Shown here piece by piece: positions 40,626 through 52,500 of a DNA stretch of 64,000 bases. This stretch comes from Hemiscyllium ocellatum (Eukaryota), in NCBI RefSeq assembly GCF_020745735.1, contig NC_083437.1:25606001-25670000 (forward strand), written 5' to 3'. The notes beneath the pieces were generated by a model that saw only the letters and a list, made by a program, of their open reading frames with translations, was not told where the DNA came from and searched no databases. Position 1 is the stretch's first letter; every line of letters begins with the position of its first letter. The position numbers were made by a program, and so were the translations under genes.

Positions 40626-43600
40626 CTGGAACAGAAAAAGGCAGATCATTGTGAACACTTAGCAAGATTCACTCTCATCCCCTCAGCCTCAGGGCACACC
40701 GATATCCACAGGAGAATCTAGTACCTCTAGTCAGCATGGCCCAGACCAAGGTGTGAAGGGGATGTAGTGAGAAAAGGTGAGGAAGGTAAGACTAACGTGA
40801 TTGCAACGAATACAGTAGAAGTGGATGGATGGACGAGGGAAGTAAGGGTGAGAGGTGAGCAGGATGAGAGGGAGGCATGGTGAGAGGAATGTAACAGTGC
40901 AGACTTAGCCACAATCATGGTTCCAACCACGACATGGCATCAGGCAGCTTTTACATCAGTTCCTGTCCCACCAGCCCTCCCTGCCACCCACAAGGTGTTA
41001 AATCTATGCAAAGTTGTCACAATGACACTGAAATGCACAGACAGTGGGATTATCATACACTCTGAATAATAGCTGAGAACTTGCGTCAATGCAGACTAAG
41101 AAGTGAATCTCCAAGACCGCTTGGAATATGAATGCACTAAAGTGGCACTAACTCACTTAGGAAAGATGAATTTTCCCAACAAATGGCAATGGGTCAAAGA
41201 GGTCAAATGACTTGAAACCAACAAAAGCACCTCAGGGAGCGAGCAGGCTGCAGGTGATGTAGAACTGGTCTAAGTGGTCCGGGGGAAAGAGAGTAACTCA
41301 TATTTCCAGAGTATCAGAAGCAAACTCACTGACCAGCACCAAGGCTCTGCACCAACCATGCCAAAGGCTGACTTGATTGTTTTCAGCCCAAGCTTCATTG
41401 TGTTGACTCACTCCATCGCCCCCTCCCCCAAGTCCCTCCTCCCTACCTTTTATCTTAGCCTGCCTGGCACACTCTCCTCATTCCTGATGAAGGGCTCTAA
41501 CCCGAAACGTCGAATTTCCTGTTCCTTGGATGCTGCCTGACCTGCTGTGCTTTAACTAGCAACACATTTTTCAGCTCTGATCTCCAGCATCTGCAGACCT
41601 CACTTTTCACTATAAAATGTCACTGTTTCACCCTGCTTTGGTAAAAAGCTGATCACACCATTAGGAGCTTGGCTGTTTGGATCAGTGTCAATAGTTCAAT
41701 CTAATTTGTTTCTGAAGGATGTATACAACACTGTCTTGAACACAGGAACAGAGAACTTGTGGGCAGGAGTAGGCTATTTCAATTTGCTTCACCATTCAAA
41801 TCGAATCAAATTGCTTGCAGTTCCTCGGGCTGGTGAGGCCAGAAACAGGGAAATAATGGACTTGAACATGTGGCTGGGGAACTGGTGCAGGAAGCAAGGA
41901 ATTAAATTCTTGGATCACTGGGGTATGTTTTGTGGTAAGCATAAATTCTACAAGAGAGACGGTTTGCACCTTAATAGGTTAGGGACCAGCATTCTGGCCG
42001 GCAGGTTTGCTACTGCAACACAGCTACGTTTAAACTAAGTAGCGGGAGGGGGGACAAACTGGATGTTTAAAAGGAAATTGGAGGGAAAGTTTGAACCAGG
42101 GAAGTCAAGAAAGAAACTGTATCAATGAGGCAGAAAACTCAAAGGCATCATGCTGTAAGGTTGAGTGAAATAGGAGTTGATGGGAAGGGTGAGGGCAGTA
42201 ACAAATTAAAAATATTATACATGAATGCACGAAGCATTAGAAATAAGATGGATAAGCTTGAGGCTCTTTTGGAAATTGGCAGATACGATATTGTGGGGAT
42301 AACAGACGTGGCTTCAAGTGGACAGGGCCTGGGAAATGAATATTCAAGGCTACACGAACTATCGTAAGGACAGACTGACGGGCAGAGGGGGTGGGGTGGC
42401 CATGTTGGTAAGGGATGATATTCAGTCCCTTGCGCAGGGGGACCTAGAATCAGGGGATTTAGAGTCAGTGTGGATAGAGCTGAGAAATACTAAGGGTAAA
42501 AATACCCTCTTGGGAGTTACCTACAGGCCCCCAAACAGTAGTCTGGATGTCGGATGTAAGATAAAACAGGAGATGAAATTGGCCTGTCGCAAATATGTTA
42601 CTACAGTTGTTATGGGGGATTTCAACATGCAGGTAGACTGGGAGAATCAGAAGGATATTGGACCTCAAGAAAGAGACTTTGTGGAGTGCCTCAGAGATGG
42701 ATTCTTAGAGCAGCTGGTGCTGGAGCCGACCAGAGAGAAGGCAATTCTGGATCTGGAATTGTGCAACGAACCAGAATTGGTCAGGGACCTTGAAGTGAAG
42801 GAGCCATTGGGAAGTAGTGACCATCATACAATAAGCTTCAATCTGCAATTTGAGAGGGAGAGGGTACAATCGGAAGTGACAATATTTCTGTTGAATAAAG
42901 GGAATTATGGAACTATGAGCGAGGAGCTGGCCAAAGTTCAATGGTGCAATACCTTAGCAGGGATGACAGTGGAGGAACAATGGCGAATATTTCTGTATAT
43001 AATGCAGAAGTTGCAGGATCAGTTCATTCCAAAAAGGAAGAAAGATCCTAGGAGGAGGCATGGGTGGCCGTGGCTGACGAGGGAAGCTAAGAAACATATA
43101 AAGTTAAAAGAGAAAAAGCATAACATAGCAAAGATAAGTGGGAAAACGGAGGACTGGAAAGCTTTTAAAGAACAACGGAGGATTACTAAGAAGGAAATAT
43201 GCAGAGAAAAAATGAGGTACGAAGGTAAACCAGCCAATAATATAAAGGAGGATAGGAAAAGTCTTTTTGATATGAGAAAGGCAAAAAAATGGTTAAGACT
43301 AAAATTGGGCCCTTGAAGACAGAAACAGGGGAATACATTACGGGGAACAAAGAAATGGCAGAAGAACTGAATTGGTACTTCAGATCTGTGTGTTCACTGG
43401 GGAAGACACAAGGAATCTCCCTGAGGTAACAGTGGCTGAAGGACCTGAACTGAAGGGAATTTATATTTGCCAGGAATTGGTATTGGAGAGACTGTTAGGT
43501 CTGAAGGTTGATAAGTCCCCGGGGCCTGATGGTCTACATCCCAGGGTACTGAAGGAGGTGGTTCGAGAAATCGTGGATGTGTTGGTGATTATTTTCCAGG

Positions 43601-46600
43601 GTTCGATAGATTCGGGATCAGTTCCTGCAGATTGGAGGGTGGCTAATGTTGTACCACTTTTTAAGAAAGGTGGGAGAGAGAAAGCAGGAAATTATAGACC
43701 AGATAGTCTGACCTCAGTGGTGGGAAAGATGCTGGAGTCTATTATAAAGGATGAAATTATGACACATCTGGATAGTAGTAACAGGATAGGTTAGAGTCAG
43801 CATGGATTTATGAAGGGGAAATCATGCTTGACTAATCTTCTGGAATTTTTTGAGGATGTAACTCTGAAGATGGATGAGGGAGATCCAGTAAATGTAGTGT
43901 ACCTGGACTTTCAGAAAGCTTTTGATAAAGTCCTATATAGGAGGTTAATGAGCAAAGTTAGGGCGCATGGTATTGGGGGCAAAGTACTAACTTGGATTGA
44001 AAGTTGGTTGGCTGATAGCAAGCTGAAAATGTGTTGCTGGAAAAGCGCAGGTCAGGCAGCATCCAAGGAGCAGGAGAGTCGATGTTTCAGGTATGAGCCC
44101 TTTTTCCTGAAGAAGGGCTCATGCCCTAAAAGTCGACTCTCCTGCTCCTTGGATGCTGCCTGACCTGCTGCGTTTTTCAAGCAGCACATTTCCAGCTCTG
44201 ATCTCCAGCATCTGCAATCCTCACTTTCTCCTGACTGATAGCAAACAAAGAGTTGTGATAAACGGCTCCATTTTGGAATGGCAGGCAGTGACCAGTGGGG
44301 TACCGCAGGGATCAGTACTGGGACCGTAGCTTTTTACTATATATGTTAGTGATATAGAAGATGGTATTAGTAATAACATTAGCAAATTTGCTGATGATAC
44401 TAAGCTGGGTGGCAGGGTGAAATGTGATGACGATGTTAGGAGATTACAGGGTGACCTGGACAAGTTAGGTAAGTGGTCAGATGCATGGCAGATGCAGTTT
44501 AATGCAGATAAATGTATGGTTATCCACTTTGGTGGCAAGAACAGGAAGGCAGATTACTACCTAAATGGAATCAATTTAGGTAAAGGGGCAGTACAGAGAG
44601 ATCTGGGTGTTCTTGTACACCAGTCAATGAAGGTAAGCATGCAAGTACAGCAGGTAGTGAAGAAGGCTAATATCATGCTGGCCTTCCTACCAAGAGGGAT
44701 TGAGTATAGAAGCAAAGAGGTTCTTCTGCAGCTGTACAGGGCCCTGGTGAGACCACACCTAGAGTATGGTGTGCAGTTTTGGTCTCCAAATTTGAGGAAA
44801 GACATTCTGGCTATTGAGGGAGTGCAGCTTGGGTTCACGAGGCCAATTCCTGGAATGGCGGGATTACCTTACACTGAAAGACTGGAGCGACTGGGCTTGT
44901 ATGCCCTTGAGTTTAGAAGACTTGAGAGGGGATCTGATTGAGACATATAAGATTATTAAAGGTTTGGACACTCCGGAGGCAGGAAACATGTTTCCGCTGA
45001 TGGGTGAGTGCCGAACCAGAGGACACAGCTTAAAAATAAGGGGTAGATCATTTAGGATAGAGATGAGGAGAAACCTCTTCACCCAGAGAGTGGTGGCTAT
45101 TGGAATGCTCTGCTCCAGAGAGCAGTGGAGGCCCAGTCTCTGGATTCATTTCAGAAAGAGTTGGATAGAGCTCTCGAGGATTGTGGAATCAAGGGTTATG
45201 GAGATAAGGCAGGAACAGGATACTGATTAAGGCTGATCAGCCATGATCATATTGAATGGTGGTGCAGACTCAAAGGGCAGAATGGCCTACTCCTGCACCT
45301 ATTGGCTATGGACTCTAGCCAGTCTCAGTAGACTCAGTTCCACATTTGCATCTGAATCCCATAAGCCTCAGTTCACTTGTCAATCACTAATTTATGTACA
45401 TTAGCCTTAAATAGACTTAAAAGGGGGTAAAACCCAACTCCAACTTGTCTTAATCAGAACTACATCATCACTAGAGCAGTAATCCAAAGACCCAAGTTAA
45501 TGTTCTAGGGAGATGGGTTAAATTCCCACTATGATACAGGGTAATATTTGAATTCAATGCAATTTGGCTTTAAAAGCTAGTTTAATGGCGACCATTGTCA
45601 ATCAGGTTTGCTGATATCCTTTAAGGAAGAAAATCTCCTTTCTTACCTGGTCTAGTCTACATGAGATTCCAGGCTCTCAGTAATATCGCTGACTTTTAAT
45701 TGCTCCGAAATGCCCTGCAGAGCTAATTACTTCAATGGAACCAGGGATGGGTAACAGTCGCCAGCCTTGGCAACAAAACCCACATCCCATGCAAGAATAA
45801 AACAATTTAAAAAACTGACAGTGAGACTGATTAATTGCCAAATGAAACAAAAGCAAAATATTGCAGAAATTAAAAGATGCAAAACTTTAATAAAACAAAT
45901 GCTGAAAATGCTCAGCAAGTCAGCATCTGTAGAAACAAAAAAAAGTGTTAACGCTTCAGATCCATGCTATTGGATACCTAAATAAAATAGGTTTCTGCAG
46001 AAAATAAACATAAATAAATAAGATTCCAGGAGGGGAAGCTGATGTGAGATACTGGTATTTCCAGTCAGGTCAGTTTATGGGCTCATGGCCTTTTTCTCAT
46101 GAGCATTATCCCTCTTTTCCAGGAACACAACAGCTGCTCTGGGAGAGTCTAGACAGTACATATCAATATAGTATTGAACTATTACAGTGGTCACAGTGAA
46201 GATCAATCAAGACTACACACAGTAGTTTACCTGAGATTATTAAATCACCCCACATCTTCTGATGTTCACGATACAGTTCTTCTGCTCCCATTCTCAGCAG
46301 CTCAGACATTTCCACTTTTGCTGCATCTCTCAGTTTATTGAATGATTCTTCCAATTTTGTTAAGTCAACTAACTGAAGCGTATAAACCACTGACACCACA
46401 TGTTCAGTGAATTCAGACTTTGCTGCTAACTGCAGCCTGTTGGCCATTTTCTCTGTGGCCACCACCACTAGAATGGTCTCTCTTTCCTCTGTCAGAACTC
46501 TTCCCGATAATAGTAGAAACTCCTGGTCGTTGTGCTTCTCCACACTAGAGGAAAATTTGTTTCCAACGATGGATGGCTTGTTATTGACTTCAAAGACTGT

Positions 46601-47200
46601 AGCCCTATCACTGGGGTTGGAAATGTGAATCTTTTGCAGTATAAGATGGGGCCTGCTCCGATGCACAATCACATCCTCACGAAGGGTGATACACTCCCTA
46701 TATTTGTGGGACAGTCCGATCTGTATACACTGGAACAATCGAACCAGTCCCTCCTGAAAGTGGATGAGTGCAGCTCTGGATACTGAACGAACACTGAGTG
46801 ATTTCAAAACTACCAATGGCACATAATCTGTCAGGTGAATGGCAGCAAGACCTGAGGCAGGAGCTGATGCTACCCAAAGCTGATTGGAAAGAGCATCCAC
46901 AACTAGATGACCATTGCCAACCACAGCTGGGCCAGATAATTGTCCTCTATTGTCTGCACCAATAACACTCATCAGGCCATTGCTGTTCTCTACAGCTGCC
47001 TTCCATTGTTGGGTCTCTACCTGAAGACAATTGTCTGTCACTGTCCTGGGGTCCTCAGAGCCAGAGAACAACCTGAACCCACCTTCTGATGCAAGGTACC
47101 AGTAAAAGATCAACAGGATACCTAGGCCTCCCAGCATTCGTCTGGCCCAGCTGCTTGAAAGCAGCATTGGTAACCCCTTCAAACGCTGCTGCAACCACAT
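39766..47200 (-). CDS. KIAA2013: KIAA2013 (uncharacterised conserved membrane protein), gene span
   Basis: N-terminus MWLQQRLKGLPMLLSSSWARR and C-terminal LPFLFWFSVASLITLFHLFLFKLIYNEYCGPGAKPIFRSK are recognisable KIAA2013 sequence; head-to-head with PLOD1 as in human. Confidence 0.95.
41415..41610 (+). mobile_element. Penelope-like pseudo-LTR (solo)
   Basis: Reverse-complement match to 22806-23000, including the hammerhead. Confidence 0.75.
41480..41515 (+). ncRNA. Minimal hammerhead ribozyme motif
   Basis: attc CTGATGA a ggg ctctaa ccc GAAA c GTC gaat; perfect stem I (AUUC/GAAU). Confidence 0.72.
41805..45316 (+). mobile_element. CR1-clade LINE, long decayed copy (ORF1 esterase C-terminus, ORF2 APE endonuclease and RT, 3' tail)
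   Basis: DGLHLN esterase motif; YMNARS...DIVGITD, YRPP, MGDFN, SDH (APE); [24 protein letters not shown] (RT); stops and frameshifts. Confidence 0.93.
44022..44231. mobile_element. Fold-back Penelope-derived element inserted in CR1 ORF2
   Basis: TSD ctgatagcaa at 44012-44021 and 44235-44244 (13 bp with one mismatch); removing it rejoins WLADSKQRVVING of the RT. Confidence 0.85.
46231..47200 (-). CDS. KIAA2013: KIAA2013 coding exon 1
   Basis: ATG at 47200, donor TCA G|gtaaac, 970 nt (phase 1). Confidence 0.95.
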
Positions 47201-47949
47201 CCTTTGGCCACTAGCACCTTCCCTTCGTCCTTTGTCTTCCAGCTTCTATTTGAAGTGTTGATTTATCCTGCAGAGTCTCTCTGTTTCTAATAATTCCTCT
47301 TTCTATCAGGTCTCAGGAGAGGACAAGAGCACAGTAGAAAAATAAATCACAAAAAACTTTGTCTTGCTATCTTAAATTTCAATTGTAAAACCTCTCCACA
47401 ATATGCTGATTGTACTAAGAAGGTCAACCCTACAATTTTAGCTTCAGTACGATTTTCTTATTATTATCCTCTTTTAATCCAGTTACATCAACCTAACTCT
47501 TCTCTGGGCTGGTACGAGAAAACAAGCTCCCTGACAGCCACACCAAGTAATTTTGAGTCCTGGTCTATCGCTCTTTTCCCAATTCATTGCAGTCTCCCTC
47601 TCACTCTCATCCTCCTTCTCCTTTTTTTTCTCTCTCTCTCTGTCCTTCCTTCCTTCCCTTACTCCCCCCTTTATCTCCAACTCAGTTCATTTCCATCTCC
47701 ATTAGCATCAATGTTTCACTTTTTATCTGTTTCTCCAGCATTTCTCCCTTGATCTATTCTCGATCTTTCTCATCTCTCACTACTCTAATGTCCGAATTTT
47801 CTTTCTCGGCTCTGGTTCCCGGTGCTTGCTACGGCTTCAGTCTGAAATCCAGTCCTCTCTCAGCCAACGTCTAATCCTACTCTGATTCTCGACGTTCCTG
47901 TCACCCTCACAGGACATTGCCGTCTGTCGGATTTTCTGCCATCAGTGAG

Positions 47950-48400
47950 ATTTACCAGGAAACATCGTTATATTTCCAGTTTATTTTGCGACAGCTTGGG
48001 GGGACCTGCAGCCGCAAAAAGGAAATCAGGAACGGCCGAGCGCAGAGGCCGCGCCTCATCCTCGCACAGGCCACGCCCATCCAGGCCACGCCTCCTCATG
48101 ACGCTACAACGTGCTGACCCCGCCCCCAAACAAACACTGCCGCAGCCTGTCTCCACCCCTTCGCAACTTGACTTCTCTCCAGGGCTGGCCACGCCCCTTC
48201 AGTGCTCCGCCCTCCACCCTCCACCGATGCTGACCACGCCCCCCCTCGCGACCTCGCCCTCAATGCAGATCACGTCCCTCACGACTCCGCGCTCTGATCC
48301 CGCCCACATTTCAGACCACGCCCTCTCAGGACTCCGTCCCAGCGAATCCACCTTCTGTGAGCCGTGCGGATTTGGACGCGCACCTTAGCAATCCGGAACA
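47950..48400. promoter_or_regulatory. CpG-rich promoter region with clustered Sp/KLF GC boxes, between divergent KIAA2013 and PLOD1
   Basis: Repeated CCACGCCC / CCCGCCC motifs near 48070, 48086, 48118, 48188, 48234, 48299 and 48315; high CpG density. Confidence 0.7.
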
Positions 48401-48867
48401 AGGACTGCTCAGGTCTGAAAGGAGTGGATGATGTCGGACACAGCTGAAAATCACAAGAGCCACATTGACACTGCTACTTTCGCCAGTGTTCTCCCTGAAT
48501 TTTGCTGACTCTTGTGTATATTCCTATACATTCCTTCTACCTACTCACTGGTCATGATCAGGAACACGAACCTAGGTTGATTTCCTACAACAATGTCTTG
48601 GTCCGAGAGAGTCAATGCTCGGGGCAGAATTCGTAGATGACTTTTAGTTAGAGTCTCATTTTGATTAAAGAGGGCCGTATTTTGCAAATGAGGGGACGCA
48701 GTGATAAGGGGAAGGAACCTCGTTCGATTTTCCCTCCCTCTGATCAAAGCGATCAAAGGCAGTGATCTCGACCAGGTACCTCGGTTGATATTCTTTCGTT
48801 TTCAAACCCACGTATCTGGTGCAGTAGCCCTCAGGTTATGTACTGTTGCCCTAACCTAAGAATTACT

Positions 48868-48992
48868 ATGATGTGGAGGTGCCGGTGTTGGACTGGGGTG
48901 GACAAAGTTAAAAATCGCCAGGTTATAGTCCAACAAGTTTATTTGGAAGTACTAGCTTTCAGAGCGCTGCTCTCTCATCAGGTGGCTGTGGA
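48868..48992 (-). mobile_element. Penelope-like pLTR, second family
   Basis: ccaggttatagtccaacaagtttatttggaag...; related copies at about 26455-26540, 28510-28640 and 54908-54970. Confidence 0.6.
48950..48984 (-). ncRNA. Minimal hammerhead ribozyme motif, second family
   Basis: CAC CUGAUGA G AGAGC AGC GCUCU GAAA GC UA GUA. Confidence 0.65.
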
Positions 48993-49459
48993 ATTTCTGA
49001 CAAGTGTTGAGAGTTGGGAAGCCAGGCATCATTGGATGGTCAGAAGCAGGAATGATTTCCCCTCTCTAACCTATGTATCACTGCAGAGCAATGAGAAGCT
49101 AGCTGACATCCTCTCTACACCAGGAATCACTGATCAGTGATCGGGAAAAGTTGATTTAAAGATTCTTGGATAGTGATGGAGAACAGCAACAGTGATTGAG
49201 CAGAAAATTCGACCTAATAAATGGCTTCATTTATTGTGTGCGTTTCGAGTATATTAAGCCTGTGCACGGTCTGTGTGTAGAGTCAGGGGCAGTAGCGAAA
49301 CAGCCTAGGAAGAGGGGCTGGCAGCATGGGAAGAGGGGCTGTCCTGTTTAAAGTGACGCGCTGTTCTATAGAAGGCGATGTTGTAGCCCTGGGCCCCGTT
49401 TAAGCTCTGAGAAGGAAAGTCGAGAGGAAAGGATTGAAGGACAGAATACAAAAACAAGC

Positions 49460-49583
49460 ATGGAGGCTGCAATGAATCGTATTCGAAGAGTTTGCTTAGT
49501 GTTTCTGATCCTACCGGTCCTGATTTTAATCTCCCAATTTCTCGTTTGTAAAAGCGAAACTCAGGAAAATCCGGTTCCGAAAG
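49460..49583 (+). CDS. PLOD1: PLOD1 exon 1, signal peptide ([41 protein letters not shown])
   Basis: aagcATGG Kozak context, hydrophobic signal sequence, donor AAA G|gtatct in phase 1 matching exon 2. Confidence 0.85.
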
Positions 49584-52500
49584 GTATCTCCAAGATTGCG
49601 GGAAGAGTGGGAGAGGGAATTCTCTGAGGAGAAATAAGAGGTTCTGGAGATTGAGGTACAGGGACAGAGGAGAGAGAGGTCGGATGTAACAAAGAGCAGA
49701 TGACGGAGACAAAGATGAGTGGGAGGGGTGGGAATAGAGAGAGGTGGGGGTGGGAATGGAGAGAGGTGGGGTTGGAGAGAGGTGGGGTGTTGGGATGGGG
49801 AGGGGGAGGTGGGGGAGGGGGAGGTGAGGTGGGGATGGCGGGAGGAGATGGAGTTGGGTTTGGGGAGATGGGGTGGGACGGGGGTAGGGATTGGGGAGGT
49901 GGTGGGGATGGGGGAGGTTGGCGAGTTGGGAGTGTTGGGTTGGGGAGGTGGGGCATGTTGGGATGGGGGAGGTGGAGGCGAGGGGGTGGGGTGGGAATGG
50001 AGAGGGTGGGATGGAAGAGATGGTGGTGGGGTATGTGGGAATTGGGGTTAGGGTGTGAATGGGGTCAGTGGGTGGGGATGGGGTGGGAATGGGGTGAGGT
50101 GGGGATTGGGGAGGTGGGAATTGTGATGGGGATGTGGGTTTGGGGAGGTGGGAATGGGGGTGCTGGGGTTAGGACGGGGTAGGGATGGGGTGGTCAGGTG
50201 GGAATGAGGGTCGTGAGGCTTAGGGGAGATGGGGGGATTGGGAGCGGTGGGGTTTGGGGAAGATGGAGGTGGGGTGAGAGGTTTGGGAGTGGTGGTGGAG
50301 GGGGTGGGGAGATGGGGAGCGAGGTGTGGAATGCAGGAAGGGGGAATGGGAGATGGGGAGTGGGAATTGGGGGGGGGAGATGGAATGGGGAGGGGCAGTG
50401 GAATGAAGTGGGACAAGTGGAGTAGGGGAGGATATGGAAAGAGGAATGGGGAGAAAAAATATGGGCCGAAGTGTTATGAGGGAGGAGGGTGAGATGGGAC
50501 AGGGAACAGAGCAGATGAGGGCTAATGAAAGATTGGGGAAATAAAGAGAGGGGTTTTGAAGGGGGAATAGGAGAAATGGAATGGAGAGAGATAGGGAGGG
50601 AAGGGTGCTGTGGAAGGCCAATGCAAGGAAGGGAGACACGTCGCTTTTTGGGATACAGTGAAGCCACTTGGTTGGGTGTGGGGGAATGGGGTCAGTGGGA
50701 GAATTGGGGGGGGGGGGCAGGGTGATTATGAAATCGAGTTTGAAGGAGAGAAGGATGCGGTTACTAAAAGCTAAATGATTGGGAGAATCCTATGAGTTGG
50801 AATTGGGGAGCGTCTTAGCGGCCCGCATGGATTAAATGTCAGAGGAGTGGGTGCATAAAGAGACAGGGTGTTCAAACAAAAGTGATCCGGTTCTTCAGAA
50901 AACAATGTGGAGTTTGTAGCGTCCGAGCGACATTCTGTGGGGTGGGGGGAATCAGGGCTGAAATCTGTGTCTACCCTCTCCTGAATCTTTATTATATTTG
51001 CTGTTTGGGGTCATTTATTTTCGGGGATGGGTGGAGGTGCTGACGTGGAAAAAGATGGGGGAGGGGAGAGCGGTTCGGGAGGGACTGAGTTGTAGAGTCA
51101 GCGGCTCACTGTCTGTGTTGACTCTGCGCCCAGGCTCTGGAATATACTCCGCCTGCCTTCCACCCATTTCCAATGCACTTGCCAAGATCTTAAACCCCCG
51201 ATATCCCTGCAGCCGCTGGATATTTCTGGAATATTCCTCTCGCTCCTAGTCCAATTTTTACTCCAGTCTCATAGATTGAGTTTTCGATTTGATATTGCAC
51301 GGTTTGGTGAGCTCTGCACTTAGTAAAATAATTGGCATGTTTTCCCCAACAGTTGATTAATCTGAGACTTGAAGGTCGCTTGCTACCCCCTACCCCACAC
51401 ATCATCTTAGTTTAGACTACATTTTTAGAATATTTCTTTGCAATAGAGAGAAACGACCCTGCACCGATCCAGAAAGATCTGCTTGCTGGGGAAAAAAAAC
51501 GCTGCTAGGATCCCAGCTTGTGGCTCATAGCCTTAGGTGATGGCAACCCTAATGAATGTTTAAAGCAAAACAGAAAGTGCTGGAGAAGCTCGGCAGGTCT
51601 GGGAGGAACTGTGGAGAGAAAGCAGAGGTAACGTTTCCAGTCCTGTGACTCTTCTTCAGAACCGCCAGGGTCACTCAGTTCTGAGGAAGAGTAACTGGAC
51701 TCGAAAAGTTAACCCTGCTTTCTCTCCATATACATTGGCAGACCTGCTGAGCTTCTCCAGCAATTTGTTTTTCAGTTATAGAGAAGTACAGCACGGAAAC
51801 AGACCCTTTAGTCCAACTCGACCATGCTGACCAGATATCCCAACCCAATCTAGTTCCACCTGCCAGCGCCCAGCCCATATCCCTCCAAACTCTACCTATT
51901 CATATATCCATCCAAATACCTTTTAAATGTTGCAATTGTACCAGCCTCCACCACTTCCTCTGGCAGCCCATTCTACACTCGCACCACCCTCTGCGTGAAA
52001 ACATTGCCTCTTAGGCCTCTTTTATTATCTTTCCCCTCTCACCCTAAACCACTGCCCTCTAGTTCTGAATTCCCCCACTCCAGGGAAAACACCTTGTCTA
52101 TTTATCCTATCTATGCCCCTCATGATTTTATAAACCTCTGTAATGTCACCCCTCAGCCTCCCACGCTTCAGGGAAAACAGCTCTAGCCTATTCAACCTCT
52201 TCCTATAGCTCAAACGGACCAACCCTGACAACATCTTTGTAAATCTTTTCTCAACCTTTTCAAGTTTCACAACATCTTTCCGATAGGAGGGAGACCAGGT
52301 CTGCGTGCAATATTCCAAAAGTGGCCTAACCGATGTCCTGTACAGCCACCTCTGTATCCAACTGGTTAGTTCTCCTTGTATTCCATGTGATCTAACCTTG
52401 CTAACCAATCTCCCATGGGAAATCTTGTCAAATGCCTTACTGAAGTCCATATAGATCACATCTACCACTCTGCCATCATCAATCCTCGTTGTTCTTTTAC

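Noticed and set aside
40700-41270. Weak Harbinger-like IVAKSALLH fragment
   Set aside because: A single short motif; insufficient evidence.
41634-41676. TGCTTTGGTAAAAAGCTG...CTTGGCTGT reads CFGKKL...LGC, like a natriuretic peptide ring, near the syntenic NP locus
   Set aside because: 43 nt instead of 51, out of frame, no DRI motif or precursor context, and inside a KIAA2013 intron on the opposite strand; most likely chance.
49561-50725. Many overlapping Gly/Trp-rich and Pro-rich ORFs
   Set aside because: Artefacts of the G-rich low-complexity tract.
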